Part shown: one piece after another, positions 1 through 9,608 of the stretch
Layout of the letters: every line of letters starts with the position of its first letter
Position numbering within the stretch: the stretch's first letter is position 1
Assembly: GCA_963796325.1 (NCBI GenBank)
Contig: CAWCLF010000002.1
Coordinates: 823-64,822, forward strand
Direction of reading: 5' to 3'
Origin: an uncultured Spirochaetota bacterium
GTDB lineage: Bacteria; Spirochaetota; Brevinematia; Brevinematales; JAOACQ01
DNA: 64,000 nucleotides
Made by a program: the position numbers and the translations under genes
The notes under the pieces: generated by a model
Seen by the model: only the letters and a program-made list of their open reading frames with translations
Database searches by the model: none
Told to the model about the DNA's origin: nothing

Positions 1-722
1 TCGCCTTCGGTGTTCTTCCCGATATCTACGCATTTCACCGCTACACCGGGAATTCCATCACCCTCCACCAGACTCAAGCTTGGCAGTTTCGAACGCAGAT
101 CCGCGGTTAAGCCGCGGTTTTTTACATTCGACTTATCAAGCCGCCTACACGCCCTTTACGCCCAGTAATTCCGAGCAACGCTCGCCCCTTACGTATTACC
201 GCGGCTGCTGGCACGTAATTAGCCGGGGCTTATTCCTAAGGTACCGTCATCAGCATACCATTTCCTGTATGCCTTATTCTTCCCTTAAAAAAGAGGTTTA
301 CAATCCGAAGACCTTCTTCCCTCACGCGGCGTCGCTCCGTCAGGGTTTCCCCCATTGCGGAAGATTCTTGGCTGCTGCCTCCCGTAGGAGTAGGGACCGT
401 GTCTCAGTTCCCTTGTGGCTGACCATCCTCTCAGACCAGCTACCCGTCTTAGGCTTGGTGGGCCTTTACCCCGCCAACTACCTGATGGGACGCAGGCTCA
501 TCAAAAGGTGCGGGTTTAACCCCGCTTTGCCGTTGCCGGTTCATCAGGTATTACCCCAAGTTTCCCTGGGCTATCCCTGGCCTTATGGTAGATTCCTGCG
601 CTTTACTCACCCGTCCGCCTCTCGCCGACATCCGTATTGCTACGGACTCGCTGCCGATCGACTTGCATGCCTAAAACACGCCGCCAGCGTTCGCTCTGAG
701 CCAGAATCAAACCCTCCGTGAT
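1..722 (-). rRNA. rrs: 16S rRNA, 5' portion (continues beyond window start)
   Basis: Reverse complement carries universal 16S motifs: AGGGTTTGATTCTGGCTCAG (27F site, 696-715), CCTACGGGAGGCAGCAG, GTGCCAGCAGCCGCGGTAA. The 5' end is approximate. Confidence 0.98.
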
Positions 723-966
723 AAAAATTATTATCATTTCTTAGTTTGACCTGTTTCATCCATATCGCCTGCCTTTCAACAGGCAATATTCTTAAGAAAT
801 TGTTTGGCTTCACCTTACTGTGAGGTAAGGTTTGGCCTCGCACTGGACTCTCACCTTAGTTCTATTACCTATCTATTTCCCCTCTCACTCATGATCCCTT
901 CCCAGGACTCCATCCTGCTAAATTACGGGGAAAAACAATCCGCCTGCCTTTCAGCAGGCGGGAAGT

Positions 967-996
967 AGTATAACATAAAAAGCCCTTTTATGTCAA
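967..996 (-). promoter_or_regulatory. Sigma70-type rRNA operon promoter
   Basis: Minus strand TTGACA (996-991), 18-nt spacer, TGn-TATACT (972-967), about 250 nt upstream of the 16S. Confidence 0.7.
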
Positions 997-1235
997 AAAT
1001 ATGGAAGTTATTTTTAAAATCAGTCTTTTTGATTAACAATGGATTAATTTTCGGTTAATTTCCGGTGCGGGTTTAGGATTTTAACCCCTCAAATTGACAT
1101 TAAATAATAATAGTCTGCAATATGGCAATAAAAATAATAATCTTTGCCGGTGGAAGGCTGAATTATTTGTTTTTTTTACAAAGCAAAATATATAATAATA
1201 AGCTGTTAAATAAATAATTATGTGAGGGTTGCATT

Positions 1236-4235
1236 ATGAAATTAAAAATGTTCTTCATGTCAGCCGCTTTAATTTTAACTTTCGGCGTTATACTGGCGGT
1301 CATTTCCAATTGTTCGGTTGCGCCGGGCTCTTCGTCCGGTTCCGGATCCGGTTCGAAATCTTCCGGTAATGCTTCGTCCGGCTCTTCGTCCTCCTCGTCT
1401 TCATCAGTTTCGCTGCCTTCAGGCTACAGCTCATCCGCCAATACTTTCTGGGGCGACGATTCGGCCAACTGGGCGGGAGAAACTTTTTTCTGGGGATATC
1501 CCGAAACGCCGGAAATACCTTCGCAATCCGTATCGGGCATAAAAAAAAGCACGACTGTAAAGGGCAGTTTCAATTATGTCAAGGCCAATATGACACCTCC
1601 GCTGCCGTACGCGGTCGACCCGATCTTCAACCCCGTCCAGGGGACATACACGGTCCCCAAGAAAATCCAGATAAAAAGCACGACTTCCGGCGCAGTAATA
1701 CACTACACGACGAACGGCAGCGATCCGACATCGTCATCGCCCGTGCTTACAAGCTTGACTCTTTCGAACGGCACTGTAATTATCAAGGCTATTGCGACGG
1801 CCAGCGGCATGAACGATTCACGCGTTGTGCAAGCAATATATTATTTCCAGCCGGCAGTCCCTGTCGGGACTACGGGCGACCCGGCTTTCAGCCCGGCCCA
1901 GGGGACGTATAATACCAACATGAGCGTCCAGATCAAGAGCCAGACGACGGGCGCAAAGATATATTACACTATAAACGGGCCCGACCCGACGACGGCTTCC
2001 CCCGTATATTCGTCGGCAATCCCGCTCCCGCTATCCGGGACGACAGTCATAAAGGCCCTGGCGGTTAAAAGCGGTCTGGCGAACTCGGCAATCGTAACGC
2101 AGACCTTCACTGTCACAGGGACCGTAAGCGATCCCGTCTTTACTCTGATCGACAACCCGGCGGGGAAAAGCATTTCCATCGCAAGCGCCACGGCCGGCGC
2201 CAATATTTATTATACGCTCGACGGATCGGTCCCTAACGAACTCTCGACTCTTTATTCGGACGCCATTCCGCTGCCGGGCGGCACTATCATGGCAAGGGCT
2301 TTTATAACGGGCTGGATTGCGTCCCATACTGTCGATTACTCGTATTCGACGACAGGCAAGACGGCGAACCCCGTTTTCAGCATACCGGGCGGAACATACA
2401 GCGCTCCTTTCAGCCTGTCGCTTTCATGCTCCACGCCGGGATCGTCCGTACTCTGGTCGCTCGACGGCGGAAATTCATGGAACTGGAACCAGAGCAACTC
2501 CGTTTATATCGCTTCCAATACGACAGTTATTGCAAGGGCCGTTCGGACAGGATATAACGATTCGGATTCGGTAACAAACAGCTATATGATTCCCGTTTAC
2601 ACGGTAACATACGTCGCAAACGGCGCGGCAAGCGGATCCGTGCCGGTCGACGGCAAGAGTTATATACAAGGTGCAATTGCAACCGTGCTCGGCAACACAG
2701 GCGGTCTCGTTAACAGCGGATACACTTTTGCAGGATGGAACACGAAGGCCGACGGAACAGGGACGGGTTATGCGGCAGGGTCTACTTTTACGATGGGCAG
2801 CGCTAACGTCACTTTATATGCTGTATGGACGCAAAACATAACGTATAATGTCACTTACGACGCCAACGGGGCTGGCGGCGGAAACGTACCGCTTGATGGC
2901 AACAATTATCTGCAGGGAGCGACCGTCACAGTGTCCGGCAACACGGGGAACCTTGCAAAATCCGGATACGCCTTTACCGGATGGAATACAAAACCCGACG
3001 GGACAGGGACCGCGTATCCCGCAGGCGCGACATTCACGATGGGGTCGGCTAATATTGTATTGTATGCGGATTGGGTTGCTACATATACTGTAACATACAA
3101 TGCAAACGGGGCGACCGGAGGCAGTGTACCTGTAGACGGCAATAACTATCTGCCGGGGGCAACAGCTACTGTGCTCGGCAATACGGGAAACCTAATAAAT
3201 ACTTGTTACTATTTTGCTAACTGGAACACCAAGCCTGACGGGACTGGAGTCAGCTACCCCGCAGGATCACTCCTTGAGTTAGGTAATTTCAATATTACAC
3301 TGTACGCATCCTGGTTTGAATCCGGTTTGACATGGACATCCGGCGGTACACTTCCGAATAAATACTGGATTTCCGTGGCCTATGGAAACGGCCTTTTCGT
3401 TGCAGTTGCCAACGGTATGGGTGCCGGTAGTACAGCGGTAGAAATTTCGCCTGACGGTATAAACTGGATAACGGGAACCTTGCCATCTTCCTGCTCATGG
3501 AATTCAGTTACATACGGAAACGGTATTTTTGTCGCAGTTTCAGGCTTAGGGTGGCAAAACAAAGTTTTTGCAAGCTCAAATGTTGTAATTTCACAAGACG
3601 GGATAAACTGGACAGCCGTTACAATTCCACAATTTTTTCATTATCCCAATTGGAAATCAGTAGCCTATGGGAATGGTGTTTTTGTCGCAGTTTCAGGAGT
3701 TAGTCTGTATGGAGGCGGTAACGTGGTCTCAAATGTTGTTATAACTTCACCCGATGGAATAAACTGGACGCCTCATGCCACAATGCCAGCTTCTGCCTCT
3801 TGGAATTCCGTTACCTACGGTAATGGCGTTTTCGTTGCAATTGCCGGTTCAGGTGCCGGCAGTACGGCGGTAGCGAGTTCGCCCGACGGGATAAACTGGA
3901 CAGCCAGCACTCTTCCAGTTGGTGCAAACTGGAGTTCAATTACCTATGGAAAAGGCACTTTTGTCGCGGTTGGAGATCAGCAAATGGAAGTGACTTCACC
4001 CGACGGAATAAACTGGACGTATCATGTTATTCCAGGCAATAACTTTGTTTCAATCACTTATGGGAACGGCGTTTTTGTCGCAGTTAATTGTTACCAAAAT
4101 GCGGCAACTTCAACTGATGGAATAAACTGGACGCCTTCACTTTTGCCAAGTTCTTGCCTCCGGTATTCAATTGCATATGGGAACGGCGTTTTTGTCACAG
4201 TTAATATCTTAGGAGAAATCGCAATTTCACATTAA
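1236..4235 (+). CDS. Large modular surface lipoprotein: Ser-rich linker, about 4 chitobiase/Fn3-associated repeats, 3 Listeria-Bacteroides (InlB B-type) repeats, C-terminal beta-propeller repeats
   Basis: Signal peptide ending ISN-C; repeats PxFxP..G.Y...IYYTxNGSDPT; YxANGAxGGxVPxD..GNTGxL..GYxFxGWNTKxDG; WxSVxYGNGxFVAV..SPDGINW. Confidence 0.85.
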   Translation: MKLKMFFMSAALILTFGVILAVISNCSVAPGSSSGSGSGSKSSGNASSGSSSSSSSSVSLPSGYSSSANTFWGDDSANWAGETFFWGYPETPEIPSQSVSGIKKSTTVKGSFNYVKANMTPPLPYAVDPIFNPVQGTYTVPKKIQIKSTTSGAVIHYTTNGSDPTSSSPVLTSLTLSNGTVIIKAIATASGMNDSRVVQAIYYFQPAVPVGTTGDPAFSPAQGTYNTNMSVQIKSQTTGAKIYYTINGPDPTTASPVYSSAIPLPLSGTTVIKALAVKSGLANSAIVTQTFTVTGTVSDPVFTLIDNPAGKSISIASATAGANIYYTLDGSVPNELSTLYSDAIPLPGGTIMARAFITGWIASHTVDYSYSTTGKTANPVFSIPGGTYSAPFSLSLSCSTPGSSVLWSLDGGNSWNWNQSNSVYIASNTTVIARAVRTGYNDSDSVTNSYMIPVYTVTYVANGAASGSVPVDGKSYIQGAIATVLGNTGGLVNSGYTFAGWNTKADGTGTGYAAGSTFTMGSANVTLYAVWTQNITYNVTYDANGAGGGNVPLDGNNYLQGATVTVSGNTGNLAKSGYAFTGWNTKPDGTGTAYPAGATFTMGSANIVLYADWVATYTVTYNANGATGGSVPVDGNNYLPGATATVLGNTGNLINTCYYFANWNTKPDGTGVSYPAGSLLELGNFNITLYASWFESGLTWTSGGTLPNKYWISVAYGNGLFVAVANGMGAGSTAVEISPDGINWITGTLPSSCSWNSVTYGNGIFVAVSGLGWQNKVFASSNVVISQDGINWTAVTIPQFFHYPNWKSVAYGNGVFVAVSGVSLYGGGNVVSNVVITSPDGINWTPHATMPASASWNSVTYGNGVFVAIAGSGAGSTAVASSPDGINWTASTLPVGANWSSITYGKGTFVAVGDQQMEVTSPDGINWTYHVIPGNNFVSITYGNGVFVAVNCYQNAATSTDGINWTPSLLPSSCLRYSIAYGNGVFVTVNILGEIAISH

Positions 4236-4260
4236 AAGCAAAAGCAACAATAATTAATTC

Positions 4261-4284
4261 GGGCCGGGTTATTATACCCGGCCC
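4261..4284. terminator. Hairpin between convergent genes, probable bidirectional terminator
   Basis: GGGCCGGGT-TATTAT-ACCCGGCCC with AT-rich flanks. Confidence 0.65.
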
Positions 4285-4307
4285 TTGAATTATTAATGAA
4301 AAATATA

Positions 4308-4575
4308 TCAATGCGTTACAAATATTGAAGGTGCCAATTGAGAACCAGATCCACTATTGCCGTTAGGAAGAATAACTTCGTTATTTTGGCCAGCCCAATA
4401 GCAGGCATTCCCGCCGGCGTCCGCCCCGGATGCGCATATTACTGCATTATAGGAGGAAGAGTGACAAAACAGAGCTCGTCGAAGCTGACAAGCTTCTGCC
4501 GGATTCGGCGGCCGGACCGGCCGGCGGGAACAAAACATTGCAGGAGCGATAAAAGCGAAAACTGCAATCAATAGT
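4308..4575 (-). pseudogene. Frameshifted, internally deleted paralog of the 4679-5776 lipoprotein
   Basis: Reading across frames gives IAVFAFI/SCNVLFPP..ESGRSLSASTSS/SSSYNAV..GADAGGNACYW..SIFVTH, matching AVIFAFAVSCNALFSP...GVDGSGNACYW...SIFVMH. Confidence 0.7.
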
Positions 4576-4678
4576 TATGCAAAAATCAAATATTTTATAT
4601 TTTTTATATAATAACAGCATTTATTAATCAAAGCATTTACTCTAGAGGGTTTCTATAATTAATATCAGAAAAAACAAA

Positions 4679-5776
4679 TCAATGCATCACAAATATTGAA
4701 GTTGCCCCTCCGCCGGAACCGTTTTGAAGCATATATTCCTTATTACCTTCCCAATAACAGGCATATCCGTTTTTATCGAACCCTGCAACAAAAACGACAC
4801 CACTGTCAACAAAGATAGAGGATAATACTGGAACTGAAACGAATGCTGAAAAATCCCCAGTTCCGTTTATTAAATCTGATATACCTGTTGACGACCAATA
4901 GCATGCATTGCCGGAAGAATCATAGCCTGATGCAAATATGTCATTAATAGATGTAACAAATATTGAATATGCACGAGTTCCGCTGGATAAATCTACTTTA
5001 TTTTGACCATTCCAATAACAGGCACTCCCGTAATTATTATATAAATTGGTGTAATATCCCGCAGTGTAAATTGTATTATTGTAAACAAAAATACCAAAAG
5101 ATTCACCCAGATTAGTGGCTGTTACAGAACCACTAATAATATTATTTGTAGTCAGCTGGGTCTCGTTTGATCCTATCCAATAACATGCAGCATCGTTAAC
5201 GTCTTTCCCGGACGTATAAATAATCCCATTATTTATAAATATTGAATCAGCTATACCAGGATTATTACCATTAGACAAGGCGGTCTCGCTTGTCCCTACC
5301 CAATAACAAGCATTGATATTAGAATTAATCCCTGCTGTATAGACATTTCCGTTAGTAATAAAAATAGCTCTTGCACATATATTAATACCCTTTTCAAGTA
5401 TTGTTTCACTAGTTCCCTTCCAATAGCAGGCATATCCGTTTGAATCTTCTCCAGATGTATAAACTATGTTATTATAAACAAATATAGAATATACAGTGGG
5501 TTGATATCCTCCTGTAAATACTGAAAGCACTGTTTCATTTGTTCCGATCCAATAGCAAGCATTCCCACTCCCATCCACTCCCGTAGTATAAACCGTCGGA
5601 TTATACACCGAAGAGCTGCTTGAGCTACTGGAACTCGGTGTACTTGACGAGCTCGAGCTTGCCGAACTTGAGCTGCCGAATTTTTCAGCCAGGTCGTTTG
5701 GCGAGAACAGCGCGTTGCAGGATACGGCAAAAGCAAAAATCACAGCAGTCAGTAATATATTTATTGAATATTTCAT
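4679..5776 (-). CDS. Lipoprotein with Ser linker and about 7 repeats of SIFV..VYTAG.D..G.ACYW.G (likely beta-propeller)
   Basis: Signal peptide FAVS-C, poly-Ser tract, about 42-aa repeats. Confidence 0.8.
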   Translation of the reverse strand: MKYSINILLTAVIFAFAVSCNALFSPNDLAEKFGSSSSASSSSSSTPSSSSSSSSSVYNPTVYTTGVDGSGNACYWIGTNETVLSVFTGGYQPTVYSIFVYNNIVYTSGEDSNGYACYWKGTSETILEKGINICARAIFITNGNVYTAGINSNINACYWVGTSETALSNGNNPGIADSIFINNGIIYTSGKDVNDAACYWIGSNETQLTTNNIISGSVTATNLGESFGIFVYNNTIYTAGYYTNLYNNYGSACYWNGQNKVDLSSGTRAYSIFVTSINDIFASGYDSSGNACYWSSTGISDLINGTGDFSAFVSVPVLSSIFVDSGVVFVAGFDKNGYACYWEGNKEYMLQNGSGGGATSIFVMH

Positions 5777-5803
5777 ATTTTTCCCCCGAAATATTATTTT
5801 AAC

Positions 5804-6901
5804 TTATTGAAAATACCATATATCGTTATAATAAGCGCCGCTGCTCCCTGCCCCTGCTATTACCCATATTTTATTATTAAAGTACAAACCTGTAAAGCTC
5901 GATCTTGCTCCGAATGCCAGATCGTTATCAACCGCACGGGTCCAGTTAGTCCCATCGCCTGTATACCAGACATCGTTGAAACAATTAAGCCCGTTTGCGC
6001 CTCCGATAACATACATTAAATTGTTTGTCGATATGCTTATATGGTTCTGCCTTGCAGTGAAGGAGGCGTTTGTCGTAGAAGAATACCAATTCGTACCGTC
6101 GCTTGAATACCAGGCGTCATTAAGTAAATTGGGAGAACCGGGCTGGTAACCTCCTATAACCCACATTAAATTATTGAATACTACGCTTGAATGGCCGTAT
6201 CTTTGACTGAAAGCGGCATTAGCGGTCGCTTTGTTCCAGTTTGTTCCATCGCTGGAATACCAGACATCATTATAAAATATTTGAGGCCCCTCTCCTGAAC
6301 AACCCCCTCCGATAACCCAGATCTTATTATTATAAACAACACTTGTATGATAAAATCTCACCGGAAAACCCGTACCACTGGTTGCACAATTCCAATTAGT
6401 TCCATCGCCCGAGTACCAGACGTCATTTGTCGGGAAATAATTATTAGGCGCTGGACTTCCGTTTGTACTAAACCCTCCGATCACCCATATCGAATTTTTA
6501 AAAACAACGCTGGTATGCCCGTATCTTCCAGTAAAAGGTATAACCCCGGTGCTGTTAGTTGCATCAAACCAATAGTTGCCGTCGCTTGAGTACCAGACAT
6601 CGTTATAATAGGTGGATTGGTCGGATCCCCCGATCACCCATATGTTATTATTGAATGCGACGCTTGTAAGATCATATCTCTTCCCTCCTCCGAATAAACC
6701 GTTTCCCACTGCCTGCTGCCAGGTAATCTGCATCACTGACGAACTCGACGAGCTTGCCGAGCTCGAGCTCGAACTCGAACTTGCAGAACTCGAGCTTCCG
6801 AATTTTTCTGCAAGGTCGCTGGGCGAGAAGAGCGCGGTGCACGACGCGATAAAAAACGCCGCTGCCGCTGCAGCGCCCGATATCAATAATATTCTTTTCA
6901 T
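5804..6901 (-). CDS. Kelch-repeat lipoprotein (start reassigned to ATG 6901)
   Basis: GGAGA RBS before MKRILL; IAS-C lipobox; repeats R.GHxSVVFxNxIWVIGG...NDVWYSxDGxNW. Confidence 0.85.
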   Translation of the reverse strand: MKRILLISGAAAAAAFFIASCTALFSPSDLAEKFGSSSSASSSSSSSSASSSSSSVMQITWQQAVGNGLFGGGKRYDLTSVAFNNNIWVIGGSDQSTYYNDVWYSSDGNYWFDATNSTGVIPFTGRYGHTSVVFKNSIWVIGGFSTNGSPAPNNYFPTNDVWYSGDGTNWNCATSGTGFPVRFYHTSVVYNNKIWVIGGGCSGEGPQIFYNDVWYSSDGTNWNKATANAAFSQRYGHSSVVFNNLMWVIGGYQPGSPNLLNDAWYSSDGTNWYSSTTNASFTARQNHISISTNNLMYVIGGANGLNCFNDVWYTGDGTNWTRAVDNDLAFGARSSFTGLYFNNKIWVIAGAGSSGAYYNDIWYFQ

Positions 6902-6924
6902 AATCATTTCTCCGTTAAATTCCG

Positions 6925-8226
6925 CTAAAACCTGTACCCGATCCCGATGAGAGGGTTGATGCTGCTGTTGTCGATGCCGTAGCGGAAACCGCCCTCGATG
7001 AATATCCCATGCCACTCGATCTCGAGCTTTACCGCGGGCGATATGGTGACGGGGCTGGTAAAATAGCACATCCCGCCGGGTATGACCCAGAAATTGAAAT
7101 CGCCCAGGCTGAAGGCCCTGTAGCCCAGGTCTATCCCGACATACAAAAGGCCGGCCTTGCTGAGATATATTTCTCCCACGAGAGCGGTAGGCCTTAAAGT
7201 ATTCCAGAATGTCCAGTCGAAACCGACCGCACCGCCGAGACCTCCGAGAAGGGCATGGATGGGGATCGACCAGGCCTTTTTGCCTGTCGGAACGAATATG
7301 ACGGATGTCGACTTGCCCTCCGTAACTTCGGCGTAGCGTATGCCGGCTATCTTATCCTCTTTCTTTAAAACTATAGTATAGTTTGTGCCTGTTTTGAGGT
7401 TCGGGATCAGGAGCTCCCCACCGGGGCCGATACGGCCTGCCGATGTGCTGTTCAAAAGCACTTCGGAACCCGAGTAGCCTTCCGCTTCGACCTTTATCGC
7501 GCCGGTCGGCGCATAGCTTACGTTGAAAGTCTCCCCGTCCTTGACCTTTATGGTATTGGAGTAAACGTCGAAACCGCTGTCGGGAAGCCTTATCGCAACA
7601 ACAAGGTCCCGGCCGCCGACGATCCTTTCGCTGTACCCGTCTTTTTTAGTTATCTTTTTCTGGAAAACCCCGTCCAGGTAAAGCTGGTAGGACTTGTCGG
7701 AATTTATATCCATCTGAAGCTTGCCTATCGCCACCGGATGCCCGACCAGCTGTGACGAAAGGTTCCTTATCATTTTATCGATAGTGTCGAAGATATCCAG
7801 GCCGGCCCCCCCGGTGTACTGCCTTTTAAGCTTCAGCTCGGCTGTTCCGGTATCGTAAGCGTAGACGTTTATTACGATAGTCTGCGCCTTCTGGTCGACC
7901 ATGTAGTCGCCGGAAATGATCTCCTTAACGCCGAGGTTGAGTCCGAAATCGGTGGCCTTGTCGACGCTGAAAGCCTTCTCATGCCAGTAATTGTTGTTAG
8001 ATTCCATTGTTTCCACCGCATCGTACGATGCAGCCTTGATCTCCGGAAGTTTTGCAAGGAAAGTGGTAAGAGATTTCGTGATTACCGTATTGATGGAGTC
8101 GTCTGTCTTTTTGCCCAGGTTTATGAATCCGATCACGCCGATCGAATTGGCCTGTGCTGCGTGTGCGTGTAAAACCAAGAGCATGACTGCCGCGGATACT
8201 AAAATAACCTCTTTGAAAATTCGCAT
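6925..8226 (-). CDS. Secreted/outer-membrane protein with CsgG/TolB-N-like N-terminal domain, PEGA-like middle and probable C-terminal beta-barrel
   Basis: Signal peptide AHA-A; IGVIGFxNLG..D motif; amphipathic C-terminal strands ending IGIGYRF. Confidence 0.6.
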   Translation of the reverse strand: MRIFKEVILVSAAVMLLVLHAHAAQANSIGVIGFINLGKKTDDSINTVITKSLTTFLAKLPEIKAASYDAVETMESNNNYWHEKAFSVDKATDFGLNLGVKEIISGDYMVDQKAQTIVINVYAYDTGTAELKLKRQYTGGAGLDIFDTIDKMIRNLSSQLVGHPVAIGKLQMDINSDKSYQLYLDGVFQKKITKKDGYSERIVGGRDLVVAIRLPDSGFDVYSNTIKVKDGETFNVSYAPTGAIKVEAEGYSGSEVLLNSTSAGRIGPGGELLIPNLKTGTNYTIVLKKEDKIAGIRYAEVTEGKSTSVIFVPTGKKAWSIPIHALLGGLGGAVGFDWTFWNTLRPTALVGEIYLSKAGLLYVGIDLGYRAFSLGDFNFWVIPGGMCYFTSPVTISPAVKLEIEWHGIFIEGGFRYGIDNSSINPLIGIGYRF

Positions 8227-8454
8227 TTAGAGCCCCCGTTAATATTTAAGACAATTGATAAGACCCGCAGCCAGACACTTTTTTACGAATTTTTTATTTC
8301 CCCTGAATTATGTTAAACGTTAACATATTAGTGCATTTAAACTTTATCATGCCAAATACACATTAACGGGGATATTGATTATTAACTATTAAAAAGATTT
8401 GTTCATATTAGCTTAATGCGCGAAAAAAGTAAATTTTTCATATTTTTCATATAT

Positions 8455-8572
8455 TAAGGGCGGTTCAAATAACTGGTTTTTCACAAAAATCCAGATCACG
8501 GAAACCAATAATTCCGTCCAATGGTCACTACCTTACCTAGCCAAAGGTTAGGTTTTTAGAAGTGACCATAAG
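8455..8572. repeat. MITE/REP-like intergenic element, copy 1
   Basis: Right end GGTTTTTAGAAGTGACCATAAG is the reverse complement (1 mismatch) of 50285 CTTATGGGCACTTCTAAAAACC; internal ATGGTCACT...AGTGACCAT inverted repeat. Confidence 0.55.
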
Positions 8573-8707
8573 TATAATACCGTCAATACAAGGCATTTGA
8601 TGAAATATTGAAAAAATATTTTTTATGCCTTTATCTGCATAATCTTATCCTATCCCGGTCTTTCTGCGTTTATCTGCGAAATCTGCGGATTTTTTAAGTT
8701 TTCCCCG

Positions 8708-9607
8708 TCACACTATCGGCACAAATAGTATCGAGGACTTCGCCCTGTTCTTGATCTTCGCGCCTATGCTGCCGGCCCAGAAAGCCGACAGGCCGGCTTT
8801 CCCATGCGTCCCGAGCACGATGAGTTCGATGCCGTTCTCGTTCACTATCCGGTTCACTCCTGCCGCCGGGTCGCCCCGGCATATCTCCGTTTTTACTTTC
8901 AGGCCTTCCGCTTCCGTTTTTATCCTCTTGTTTTCAAGGTATTTAAGGGCGTCGGTTTCCTGTATATCCAGCATCGCCCTGGTCGTGCCGGGTAAAAGGA
9001 TCCCTATTGCGTTTTTTTCGGGGTTAAGGGTCTGGAGGGTCGGGATGACAAGGGCCATATAGAGCTTCGACCCGAAGGCCCGGGCTATTGCGACAGCCGC
9101 ATCGTACCCGGCTTCATGCTCGCCGGTTCCGTCAAGCGGCAAAAGGACTTTCCCCGGCCAGTTTTTACCGGCGGTTTTAGAGAGAGACGGGGGTATGAAA
9201 AGGACGGGCATGGTGCCCAGTTTCAGGATCTGCTCCGCGATATTTCCGAAAAATATTTCCCTGACTCCGCCCCATCCATGGGTCGTCATAACTATGAGAT
9301 CGCTCGAGATCTCATCGTGATGAACCGCAATATCCCTGACGACGCCCTTTTCATCCTCTGCATGAACATGGAAATCGGCCTCTATGCCGGGAGGGCAGCA
9401 TGCTTTTAAGAGATTTCCCAGGTAATCGACCGACTCGTCGATTGTTTTGAGATGCCGGTCTCCATGAACGCTCTCGGGAGGGCTTTTTTCAATAATATGA
9501 AGGAACGTCAATCTTGCCTTGAGCGATCTCGCAAGCTTTATGGAATAAGGAACGGCAGCTTCCGAATATGAAGACCCGTCGAGGGGCACTAAAATATGCT
9601 TATACAT
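8708..9607 (-). CDS. Tandem-domain universal stress protein (UspA family)
   Basis: ILVPLDGS, DLIVMTTHG..G..FGNIAE; second domain VLLPLDG..LIVLGTHG..GS. Confidence 0.9.
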   Translation of the reverse strand: MYKHILVPLDGSSYSEAAVPYSIKLARSLKARLTFLHIIEKSPPESVHGDRHLKTIDESVDYLGNLLKACCPPGIEADFHVHAEDEKGVVRDIAVHHDEISSDLIVMTTHGWGGVREIFFGNIAEQILKLGTMPVLFIPPSLSKTAGKNWPGKVLLPLDGTGEHEAGYDAAVAIARAFGSKLYMALVIPTLQTLNPEKNAIGILLPGTTRAMLDIQETDALKYLENKRIKTEAEGLKVKTEICRGDPAAGVNRIVNENGIELIVLGTHGKAGLSAFWAGSIGAKIKNRAKSSILFVPIV

Positions 9608-9608
9608 T

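Noticed and set aside
80-843. ORFs 80..721(+) and 640..843(-)
   Set aside because: Spurious frames over the 16S rRNA and its leader
4308-4800. Possible diversity-generating retroelement TR/VR pair (remnant vs 3' end of 4679-5776)
   Set aside because: Differences are not adenine-specific, include indels, and there is no reverse transcriptase in the window
6902-7069. N-terminal extension of the 421-aa ORF
   Set aside because: Overlaps the upstream gene; RBS and signal peptide indicate a start at 6901
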